The notes under the pieces were generated by a model. It was given only the letters and a program-made list of their open reading frames with translations. It had not been told where the DNA came from and ran no database searches. A stretch of DNA of 62,958 nucleotides, counting the filler. It is 6 parts of 6 records of this genome, joined end to end, with 100 filler letters (N's around TTAATTAATTAA, not from the genome) between each part and the next. Parts side by side here need not be neighbours in the genome. Positions count along the whole stretch, not along the records: positions 22,812 to 39,539 come from SRR22947727_2850; 5 more parts are not named here. One strand, given 5' to 3'. Position 1 is the first letter of the stretch. Each line of letters starts with the position of its first letter. The position numbers and the translations under genes were made by a program. This document shows, in pieces, positions 29,941 to 37,779 of the stretch.

Positions 29941-29949
29941 AATAAAACC

Positions 29950-30336
29950 TTAATCAGCAGAAATTGTTAAAGAACCACTTGCTACTTTTAATATATCTCC
30001 ACTTGCTATAACTTTTGATGATGTAAATGCACCATGAAATAAAAGGTTGCCTGAACTACTGGCATCAAAGATTGCCCAATGCGACACTGTACCCCATGCA
30101 CCAGTCGCAGGGTCAAACTCAACACTTGCATTACTTGCTATTGATCCTGAAGATGCAGAAGCAAAAGTAATTGCTTTTCTTGAGTAGTTGTTACCAGTTA
30201 ATTCTGTACCTGAATTATCATCGGCAAAACTTCCAGTAGATAATCCTAAATAAACTGCTGAGGGAGCAGACGTTGAGGCTGTTCCAGTAAAGTGATCTAG
30301 AAATTTAAGTTCTAGATAATCTGACATTGCTGACAT
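29950..30336 (-). CDS. Conserved phage structural protein
   Basis: MSDYLE..LDH, VYLGL, WGTVSHWAIFDA.SSGNLL. Confidence 0.7.
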   Translation of the reverse strand: MSAMSDYLELKFLDHFTGTASTSAPSAVYLGLSTGSFADDNSGTELTGNNYSRKAITFASASSGSIASNASVEFDPATGAWGTVSHWAIFDASSSGNLLFHGAFTSSKVIASGDILKVASGSLTISAD

Positions 30337-30345
30337 TTATTTCTC

Positions 30346-30984
30346 CTATGATGCAGACGATGATTGTTTTGCGTAGATTGATGATATGTGCAAAGCACCA
30401 GTTCCATAGTGAGATCTTTGTTCGTCTTTTCTTATCTCTTCTATAGATCTTGTAAACTTAGCATCATAAGTTGATGCCCTTTGTTCATCCATTAAATAGG
30501 TGTAAGCCTCAACCAATGCCCCTGATAAATAAGCATCAGGATGACGAGTTAACATCACATTTGTTGCATTGCTATCTGATAGGGCAGTGAGGCTACCGAT
30601 ATAAATAATTTCGGCTGTGTAGTTATCGTCAGGTATAGGTCTGATCTTTAACTCACCACCAACAATAGAATAGGCTGAAGGTCTGCCACTCCCGCCAGTG
30701 TAGGCAGTATCTAAAGCTGTAGGACTTTTATATTCTAATACGACATTTGGACTTGTATTTAGCTTAATCTCTCTGACCTCTCTCATGTCAGTGGGAAGGG
30801 CTATAAACTCATCACCGCTTGTCAATGTGGCAGTCGCTCTTTTTTCCTGATCTCTAGTCTCTAATTCTCTAGATAATCGTGCTTCAGCTAACTGGATAAA
30901 GTTAGGGATCTGATCATCAAGATCTGTTCTAGCTAGAAAGTTAGCTACCGCAGTTTTTAATTCTGAATATGTTGATATGCTCAC
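30346..30984 (-). CDS. Head-tail adaptor (tail tubular A-like)
   Basis: TYSELKTAVANFLAR.DL..FIQLAE.RL.RELE; PDAYLSGAL. Confidence 0.78.
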   Translation of the reverse strand: MSISTYSELKTAVANFLARTDLDDQIPNFIQLAEARLSRELETRDQEKRATATLTSGDEFIALPTDMREVREIKLNTSPNVVLEYKSPTALDTAYTGGSGRPSAYSIVGGELKIRPIPDDNYTAEIIYIGSLTALSDSNATNVMLTRHPDAYLSGALVEAYTYLMDEQRASTYDAKFTRSIEEIRKDEQRSHYGTGALHISSIYAKQSSSAS

Positions 30985-31313
30985 ATCGAGCCTCCGCCAG
31001 TTCTAAAAAATCTATTTTCGCTATCGTTAAGCCACCGCTTCCACTTCTTAGAGGCTTCAGGGTTATCTTTTGGATCTCCAAACTTTTGCATAAGTTCTAG
31101 ATATAAATTGTTTGGTATCTCGGCAACGTGTTGCCAGTGTCTTTGTGTATTGCCAATCAAAGATCCTTTTTCGTAGTCATTTGCTTTTCTTTTGTTAGCT
31201 TCCAAAACCGCTTTAATATGCTGTTTTGTCTCGATGGTGTAAGTGCCATCGTTATTGTCATGCCAAAAAGTTTCTTTCTGCGAATATGGATTTCTTGATA
31301 ATAGTCTAGACAT
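30981..31313 (-). CDS. Conserved hypothetical phage protein
   Basis: HVAEIP and WLNDSENRFFRT; homologous to 39790-40095; start revised to MSRLL. Confidence 0.75.
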   Translation of the reverse strand: MSRLLSRNPYSQKETFWHDNNDGTYTIETKQHIKAVLEANKRKANDYEKGSLIGNTQRHWQHVAEIPNNLYLELMQKFGDPKDNPEASKKWKRWLNDSENRFFRTGGGSM

Positions 31314-31330
31314 TGTTTCCCCTATAAATA

Positions 31331-31356
31331 GAAAGGGCGAAATTAATCGCCCTCTC
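31331..31356 (-). terminator. Terminator after the capsid gene
   Basis: GAGAGGGCGA...TCGCCCTTTC followed by a T-rich tract on the minus strand. Confidence 0.7.
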
Positions 31357-31367
31357 ATCGCTAGTTA

Positions 31368-32321
31368 TTAAGCACCTGATAAACCAATAACTGCACCATG
31401 AGCTTTTGGGGCAGTGGGCATCAAAACAAACTCCGACAAAATTTGTTCTTTAATTGCGTCTCCTGTGCGAGCCAACGTTGTCTTTGTAAAGTTTCTGCCA
31501 TTGAGTGTACCGATCTTTATGTGATCAGGATCAATAACAAATAACTTGTCATTAGACATAAATCTTGAAGGTGTTAACTCAAGAGTTCCAAAATCTGTTA
31601 AGTAAACAGAAGTTGCACCCACAAATGAAGGGGCTTGACCCTGAGTTGTGTTCACCTGATTTGTTACAAGATTTGTTCCTGACTGACTGAGGTCAGAAAT
31701 ATTTGCCTTATTCGTGGCATCACAAACTAAAACTCTCGGCTTACCGCCATCTTGCCATGCCTGAGTTACAGCATCGTCAATTTTGGCTAAAGTTAAAGCC
31801 TCTTCAGTTCCAGTTAAATCTGCAACATCAGAACCATCACCAGTACCAAATGAGATATCCGCAGGGTCTGCTGACCCGTTAGTCACCCATGTAATAAGGG
31901 TAGCTGTCTTACGAGGCTCAGAGCCTGACTTAGCTACGTTAAGATCTCCGATAATCTTCTCGATGTCTCTTCTTAACTCAAGTCCTTTTAACACTGATTG
32001 GTAAGCACTTTCCTTCGCTCTTCCTGCCTTATCAACAGCTTCCAATGTTCCTGAGATTGCAAAGTCTTTTCCTGCTATCTGAGTGTAGTTGTTAAGTCTT
32101 GTTGTTGCAGTTGGAGTTGCGTAAGTTGCATCCGCCCCTTCAGAAAGACTGTTTTGTCCTGCTGAAGCTAGTTCCTGAACTTGCCACTCAACGAGTGTGC
32201 CATTCACTGTTTCTTTTTTTGCTAGTGAAAAAATTGGTGTTTCATCACTATCGATCTTATAGATAATATCCGCAAGTTGCTCTTTCTCACCAACTGCGGT
32301 TGCGGTTGTATGTGTAGCCAT
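31368..32321 (-). CDS. Major capsid protein
   Basis: EQLADIIY.I...ETP, EWQ..EL, NYTQI, ELRRDIE, YLTDFG; follows the scaffold gene. Confidence 0.88.
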   Translation of the reverse strand: MATHTTATAVGEKEQLADIIYKIDSDETPIFSLAKKETVNGTLVEWQVQELASAGQNSLSEGADATYATPTATTRLNNYTQIAGKDFAISGTLEAVDKAGRAKESAYQSVLKGLELRRDIEKIIGDLNVAKSGSEPRKTATLITWVTNGSADPADISFGTGDGSDVADLTGTEEALTLAKIDDAVTQAWQDGGKPRVLVCDATNKANISDLSQSGTNLVTNQVNTTQGQAPSFVGATSVYLTDFGTLELTPSRFMSNDKLFVIDPDHIKIGTLNGRNFTKTTLARTGDAIKEQILSEFVLMPTAPKAHGAVIGLSGA

Positions 32322-32334
32322 TTAAATTTCTCCT

Positions 32335-33333
32335 TTAGGCTGATTTGTTTAAAAGTAGTTCCACAGCACCTTCTATAGTGCTGTTATTATTAAAACGTTT
32401 CATCATGTCTTGATTACGTTTTGATACAACTTCAGACTTTGTTTTCGGAGAACCTGCTTTAACCATTTTAGGGGCAGTCTTAACCTTCTTTTTGGCTTGA
32501 GTTTTGCCACCCATTAACTCATCATACAACATTGCCTTCCTCAAAGTTACAATGGCTCGATGATCACTTGCCTGAGCAATTTCATCATCGGTGTAACCCA
32601 TATGGGATTTGGCATATGAGATCACTTTTGACCTCTCAGCTTCTCTGACCTTTTCATCTCTCCACGCAGGGATCTTATCGAGCATTGTATCAAACTCAGC
32701 CTTTAGGTGATTTTGATATTGTGCTTGTACTTCCGCCTGCTGTTGAGACATAATAGCCTGCTGTTGGTGCTGTAGTTTAGCTAAATTGTTTTGTTGAATT
32801 TGGTATTCTGCGTGAATACTTGCAAACTCTTCATTGGTTTTTGTTCTTCGCAGTTCTTCCCAATTAGGCTCAGGCACTCTTAATGCTTGCTCCAATTGCT
32901 GAAGTCCTCTCGCATACTCATCTCTCAACCGCTTCGTTTCAGCACTTTCTGCCTCAATCGCTTTGCTCTTTTGTGAGACTTCGTTCATGCGTTTATGAAA
33001 AGTCCGCTCTCTCTGATAACCACTTAGAGCCTCTTCCAAAGTTACCTCTGCCTCTTCTCCATCAATCTTGACTTTGTAGAGTTGGACTTCTTCTTCGACT
33101 TCTTCGTCATCATCTTCCTGATCGGTTGTATCTTCTACTTCTTCGCCCTCATCGGAGATATCTTCTTCATAGACTTCCTCTTGCTCTGTTGTTTCTGATA
33201 CTTGAGCCTCTTCTTCAGGCTCGTTTATTGCCTCAACTTCAGGGTTAGCTTCTGCTTCCATTTGAGGTAATAATCTGTCAATTGCTTCGTTTACTGATAT
33301 AGAACCGCTCTCTTTCGAGTTTACATTTTCCAT
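32335..33333 (-). CDS. Capsid scaffolding protein
   Basis: Acidic N-terminus, VKIDGEEAEVTLEE..SGYQR, coiled coil, DHR...L.KAM. Confidence 0.82.
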   Translation of the reverse strand: MENVNSKESGSISVNEAIDRLLPQMEAEANPEVEAINEPEEEAQVSETTEQEEVYEEDISDEGEEVEDTTDQEDDDEEVEEEVQLYKVKIDGEEAEVTLEEALSGYQRERTFHKRMNEVSQKSKAIEAESAETKRLRDEYARGLQQLEQALRVPEPNWEELRRTKTNEEFASIHAEYQIQQNNLAKLQHQQQAIMSQQQAEVQAQYQNHLKAEFDTMLDKIPAWRDEKVREAERSKVISYAKSHMGYTDDEIAQASDHRAIVTLRKAMLYDELMGGKTQAKKKVKTAPKMVKAGSPKTKSEVVSKRNQDMMKRFNNNSTIEGAVELLLNKSA

Positions 33334-33350
33334 AATTGTTTTCCCTTATA

Positions 33351-33623
33351 TTATTTTGATTTCCCAATTAGTCTGTCTAACTGAGCCTTAGCAATCCTTC
33401 CATTAGCACTAACATTCTCTATTCCTGATTTAAGTGCCTGCAAAGACTGGTAAAGATAGTAAATGCGTTCTCTCTCCTCACTGTCCTTCAGTGGTGAGTT
33501 TCTCCACGCATCTAAAAATTGTTTTTCTAAATTTTCAAAGACCTCTATAAAGACTACGTTCTTGAGAAGAATGTCAGCCTTACCTCCCTTTTCTAGATCC
33601 TCTCTTGCACTGCCTTCCTGCAT
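33351..33623 (-). CDS. Conserved small phage protein upstream of the scaffold
   Basis: WRNS...ERE; homologous to 42118-42342. Confidence 0.72.
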   Translation of the reverse strand: MQEGSAREDLEKGGKADILLKNVVFIEVFENLEKQFLDAWRNSPLKDSEERERIYYLYQSLQALKSGIENVSANGRIAKAQLDRLIGKSK

Positions 33624-34747
33624 TAAGATCTCCTAAAAGGTGTAAATCCACTTAGCCCCATTTGGTTTTGATATGCTGAAGGTCTATAGGCAAACTGACT
33701 TACAAAGTTCTGATTAGCTTTGTTAAAGTCAAAACCGCTTGGTAAATTCAACGGGGCTTTATCTAGAGTTGTAGCCCTATAATAAGCCTCATTAGCAGGA
33801 AATGGATTAGGACTGTTTGGTCTATTTGGTCTTGTTGTATCTAACCTACAAGCCTGCAAATCGTCATCAAACCTATAGCCATCAGGACATATTGGCTGTC
33901 CGCTAACTGGATTAGTTGTGGCAGGCTTTATCGGCTCACTTTCACCACCGCCCATATTATTCATACCGCCAAAACTCATTTCTGAAGGTGAGGTGTTACT
34001 AAAAATACCATATCCATCGACAGCACCAGTAGGGCTTCCCATACCTATCCCAAAACCAGTTGTGCCAGTTACCTGACCGCCTGAATATGTTGGTGTGTAG
34101 CCCATATTGATGTTATCAATTGTGTTTTGTGCCCCCATTTTACTTATGTTGTTTATTACAGCACCTAAAGGGGTAGGGATGTTAGGAAACATTCCCTTTT
34201 GAGCCATATTATTTACATTTGACATAGAAGTCATTTGATCGGCTGTTGTAAAATCGCTTACATCAGTTGGATTAGCAAAGCCAGTCACACTATCAGGAGA
34301 GTAACCAGTTGTGCCAATAGATGCCATTGCCTCAGGAGATAATCCTGAGTTTGTCATATTAGCTAACCCAATGTTTTGTGCTAAATTTTGCAATCCAGTT
34401 TGCTGTATGTCATATGGGTCTATTTGTTGAACACTAAAGTTCTGTGCGTTTGGATAACTAAAATTATCCATATTACTAAAATTGTCTTGAGCATTTGTAT
34501 TCGCTGATACATTTTGTTGGTCGGCTACTGAACTATCTAGCCCCATATCGCTAGAACTATCATTGTTACTAGAAGTATCGCTTACACTGGCTTGAGCAGA
34601 TACATCATCATCCATACCCATAGAACTACTGTCATCTCCACCGCCTCCGCCTCCATCATCAGATCCAAAGCAATACATTGACTGCTCGATTAGATCGGCA
34701 GGATCATATCCCTCAAGTAGTTTCTTTATTTGAAATCGCATAGCCAT
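33623..34747 (-). CDS. Low-complexity protein with CFG/poly-Gly N-region and C-terminal CPxGxxFDxxxxxC motif
   Basis: 374 aa, rich in Ser/Asp/Asn/Gly/Met; overlaps the acyltransferase gene by 35 nt. Confidence 0.72.
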   Translation of the reverse strand: MAMRFQIKKLLEGYDPADLIEQSMYCFGSDDGGGGGGDDSSSMGMDDDVSAQASVSDTSSNNDSSSDMGLDSSVADQQNVSANTNAQDNFSNMDNFSYPNAQNFSVQQIDPYDIQQTGLQNLAQNIGLANMTNSGLSPEAMASIGTTGYSPDSVTGFANPTDVSDFTTADQMTSMSNVNNMAQKGMFPNIPTPLGAVINNISKMGAQNTIDNINMGYTPTYSGGQVTGTTGFGIGMGSPTGAVDGYGIFSNTSPSEMSFGGMNNMGGGESEPIKPATTNPVSGQPICPDGYRFDDDLQACRLDTTRPNRPNSPNPFPANEAYYRATTLDKAPLNLPSGFDFNKANQNFVSQFAYRPSAYQNQMGLSGFTPFRRS

Positions 34748-35150
34748 TTTTCCTTTTTGATGGTCTGTACCATTGACCCTTTACATTTGTTCCAAAATTC
34801 TTTGTTACAAATTCCCTCATAGAGCGAACCATTTCCCTTGTTCTGCCAAATGGACTAATCCAATCCGCAAACCATAAATTATCACCTGATTGCCAATCCT
34901 TCGGCTGTATCAAATAATTTTCATGTTTTAGCTTGTGCAGGATCTCATCGGATACCCATGCCCATGTACAAACACCAGTTGGTTTTGAGTCAAAATAGAA
35001 AACCCTATACTGCCCATATCTAACTGGCGGGATAAATATTCTTTTTATGGAGTGCATCTTATAGTGATGGTGGGTCATCGAATGTGCCACCAAAAATAAG
35101 ATATCTCCTAAGTAATTATGCTCTCGGTAAATTGGTTGAGATTTCTGCAT
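34713..35150 (-). CDS. RTX toxin-activating lysine acyltransferase family protein (HlyC/TAAT)
   Basis: LGxxxxLxxxSxxH (S24/H27), PPxxxGQY, PxGxCTWA, DWQSGDNLWFADWISPFG (D96), matching HlyC DWTSGDRKWFIDWIAPFG. Confidence 0.9.
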   Translation of the reverse strand: MQKSQPIYREHNYLGDILFLVAHSMTHHHYKMHSIKRIFIPPVRYGQYRVFYFDSKPTGVCTWAWVSDEILHKLKHENYLIQPKDWQSGDNLWFADWISPFGRTREMVRSMREFVTKNFGTNVKGQWYRPSKRKNGYAISNKETT

Positions 35151-37161
35151 CAGTAACCGCCTTTGCCACCCTTAACTCGGCTTCCATAGTTAGTTCTTGC
35201 CTTCGCATCTCTAACTCTGCCTGCATCTTTTCTCTTGCAAGCTGAATGTCCGCTTGTGCCTTTTCTCTAGCAAGTGCAATATCTGCCTCTATCTTCATCT
35301 TCTTTGCTTCAATCTCAGCCTGAGCCTTTTGCATCTCAGCTTGTGCTACTGGATTTTCTTGCCCTTGCTGTTGTTGCTGTTGCATTTGCATTTGCATCTG
35401 CACAGCCTGAGGCGGGTTAAAGAACTGATTAGCATCTTTAAATCCTCCAATTTCGGTAATTTGTCGTAAGGTATTAACGTATTGAGATAAGTTACAAATC
35501 GGATTGTCTGCTCCCAAAGTTTGCAAAATAGTTTCTTGCTTTTGTGCAATAGCTTGGAGAAAACTGATTTTTTGTTCGTCATCGGCTGTTCCTAACCCTA
35601 CATTAACAATTACATCAAAACCGCTAGTGCCTTCCTGCGGATCAATCGCTATAAATTCATTTCTTAATCTTACTATGCGAGGCTGTTGCTGATAGGCAGA
35701 TATCAGGTGCAATATACCCTTAAATAAATCCTTAACACCAGTCTCAGCCATTGTTCTTGCGTAACTCTCTAGTTTTTGCTGAGAGCCTCTAACAGTAGCA
35801 CTAACAGCCGAAGCGGTTGTACTTTGCAGAACTGACGGGTCAAGACCTTGACTTGCTTCACTTATGCCCGTTCTAGATGTTTTTACCTGATCTAGATATT
35901 GCATCAGTGGCTGTATTTCACCACCAATACCCTGACCAGTTAAAGGCTGAACTGCACCCGCTTGTCTTGTCCTGATAATACCGCCTGCTGTGCCATCCAA
36001 TAAATCGTCAAGATTAACCTGACCTTCAACAGCCACCATTCTCGGCAATACTGAGTGATATGTGCTGTCAAGATATTGTCTTAACAATGTTGATTTAATT
36101 GTCTGCAAGTCTTGTGTTAGATCGAATAAAGATCTTCCAACAAGTCTATGAGGCATAAGTATTGGTGATATAACTGCGAAAGGAATGTAATCTACAACTT
36201 CATTTTCTAATATTACATCTCCGCCATCACCAATAGATAAGATCCTACGCATTTCAGCGATGCCATCGTCATCATAGTCAACCTTCATTGTGATATCATG
36301 TACCACAACTTCATGTTGTGACGGGTCTACTGGATCATTGCCTGACTGACTTTCTAGATCTTCAAAACGTCTTTGTCTTTCCTCATCTATCTCGCCATCA
36401 ATCATGCCTGCATTGTCTTCAATGAGTTTTCTGTCATATCCCATAGACACCAAATCACTCACTGACATAGTTGTCTTATGGCATAAAAAATAACAGTCCT
36501 CTAAAGACTTAGCCCTGCGGTTAAATAAAAACTCCTCAGGTGGCACATTCTCAATCTTAATCTTGCCTGACTTCTTAGTGATCTTAACCTTTAAATCATA
36601 ACTGTTAAGAACCTGAACTTCTTCACCCATTTCATTTATAACAGTGGTGTAGTTCTCTTGTCTTTCAACAACCTCAATGTCAGGGTTAGCCAATAACAAA
36701 GCCAACTCTTCTTCAGTTAAACCCTCATATTCTTCTTCCTGAATTGTAGATGTCTCATCCCAACAATACTTAACAACACCTAACTTAAACATTAGGCTGT
36801 CCTTAAACCAGTTATACATAATCCTATAACCATCATTGTCGTTATTGATGATATAGTTCACATAATCTGTTAGCTGTTCAGCTTTATCAACATCCTCAGC
36901 AGTTCTCGGAGCATACCTGACATACTTATCGGAACTGGTAAAAATACGCATAAGCGATGGCATGATCTGCTCAACTGCATCAGCAAAGTCAGTGGATACC
37001 ACAGAGCTTCTGCCTTCAATCTCATTGCCAAATGGCTCACCCAAATAATAGTCAATAGCCTTTAATCTGTCTGCTGAATACTCAGTTTCAAAGTGATTTT
37101 GGCTATCGGTAATTTCAGACTGGATAATAGATCCCAATCTTTCATCTGTCATTTTTGCCAT
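35116..37161 (-). CDS. Portal protein
   Basis: YYLGEPFGNE.EGRSSVV, VPPEEF, P..HRLVGRS, RTG; Gln-rich coiled-coil C-terminus; 681 aa. Confidence 0.9.
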   Translation of the reverse strand: MAKMTDERLGSIIQSEITDSQNHFETEYSADRLKAIDYYLGEPFGNEIEGRSSVVSTDFADAVEQIMPSLMRIFTSSDKYVRYAPRTAEDVDKAEQLTDYVNYIINNDNDGYRIMYNWFKDSLMFKLGVVKYCWDETSTIQEEEYEGLTEEELALLLANPDIEVVERQENYTTVINEMGEEVQVLNSYDLKVKITKKSGKIKIENVPPEEFLFNRRAKSLEDCYFLCHKTTMSVSDLVSMGYDRKLIEDNAGMIDGEIDEERQRRFEDLESQSGNDPVDPSQHEVVVHDITMKVDYDDDGIAEMRRILSIGDGGDVILENEVVDYIPFAVISPILMPHRLVGRSLFDLTQDLQTIKSTLLRQYLDSTYHSVLPRMVAVEGQVNLDDLLDGTAGGIIRTRQAGAVQPLTGQGIGGEIQPLMQYLDQVKTSRTGISEASQGLDPSVLQSTTASAVSATVRGSQQKLESYARTMAETGVKDLFKGILHLISAYQQQPRIVRLRNEFIAIDPQEGTSGFDVIVNVGLGTADDEQKISFLQAIAQKQETILQTLGADNPICNLSQYVNTLRQITEIGGFKDANQFFNPPQAVQMQMQMQQQQQQGQENPVAQAEMQKAQAEIEAKKMKIEADIALAREKAQADIQLAREKMQAELEMRRQELTMEAELRVAKAVTDAEISTNLPRA

Positions 37162-37337
37162 TATTTTTTCTTCCTTGCGACAGCCATATTGTCCACTAAA
37201 TTAGGATACTTTCTTCCCGCTTTTTTGGCTCTTTGTTTGGCTGAGGCGATTTGGTTTTTTGATAGGGGGGTGGATTTTTTCAATGACTTCGGTCTTTTCT
37301 TGTTCCAAATCGGCACGTTTTTTTTGGATTTCGTCAT
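37161..37337 (-). CDS. Small basic phage protein
   Basis: AKQRAKKAGRKYPNLVDNM motif; stop overlaps the portal ATG; start may be 37337-37355. Confidence 0.65.
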   Translation of the reverse strand: MTKSKKNVPIWNKKRPKSLKKSTPLSKNQIASAKQRAKKAGRKYPNLVDNMAVARKKK

Positions 37338-37452
37338 CGACATCACATTTTCCACTTCTTTTACATAGCTTAGGGGTTACACATCCACTGCAAGTCACCA
37401 ACTCTAATATTGGAGCTTCCTTTTTCGGTCTGCGATAAAGCCTGACAATCAT
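37201..37452 (-). CDS. Small Cys4 protein (C-x2-C-x5-C-x5-C)
   Basis: CSGCVTPKLCKRSGKC; ATGA overlap with the upstream ORF. Confidence 0.55.
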   Translation of the reverse strand: MIVRLYRRPKKEAPILELVTCSGCVTPKLCKRSGKCDVDDEIQKKRADLEQEKTEVIEKIHPPIKKPNRLSQTKSQKSGKKVS

Positions 37453-37556
37453 TTGGATTTCTTCTTAACTTTCTTTTTAACTTTGGCTTTGTAAACACTA
37501 GCCTTCTTCATACCCTCTTTTGTGTAAGGGAATTTCTTTCCACCGATATTAGGCAT
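37449..37556 (-). CDS. 35-aa Lys-rich microprotein (absent from the ORF track)
   Basis: MPNIGGKKFPYTKEGMKKASVYKAKVKKKVKKKSK; overlaps neighbours at both ends. Confidence 0.65.
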   Translation of the reverse strand: MPNIGGKKFPYTKEGMKKASVYKAKVKKKVKKKSK

Positions 37557-37740
37557 CTTTCTTTTTCCTTCCTCTTTTCTTGAGCGGAACTACATTACTC
37601 ATAGTCACCCCTCTAGTGGTTTGAACTGGAATAGGTTTAGGCATTTCAACCTCAATCTCTTCAGGCTTAATTTTACCCAATAAACACTTACATCGAGCAG
37701 TACATTTCCACTCGTAAGTGCAAACATCACAATGTTGCAT
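37549..37740 (-). CDS. Small Cys4 protein (C-x2-C-x5-C-x5-C)
   Basis: CDVCTYEWKCTARCKC; RBS AAGGGG; basic tail. Confidence 0.6.
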   Translation of the reverse strand: MQHCDVCTYEWKCTARCKCLLGKIKPEEIEVEMPKPIPVQTTRGVTMSNVVPLKKRGRKKKDA

Positions 37741-37779
37741 AAGTTTCCCCTTACGTTTTTTAGATTTAAAATTTTTTGA

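Noticed and set aside
33623-34747. 374-aa protein as an RTX toxin or classical lipoprotein
   Set aside because: No tandem GGxGxDxLx nonapeptides. The Cys is not preceded by a hydrophobic signal region or lipobox.
35360-35405. CAA/CAG/ATG short repeats in the portal gene
   Set aside because: They encode the usual Gln/Met-rich portal linker and are not a contingency locus or array.
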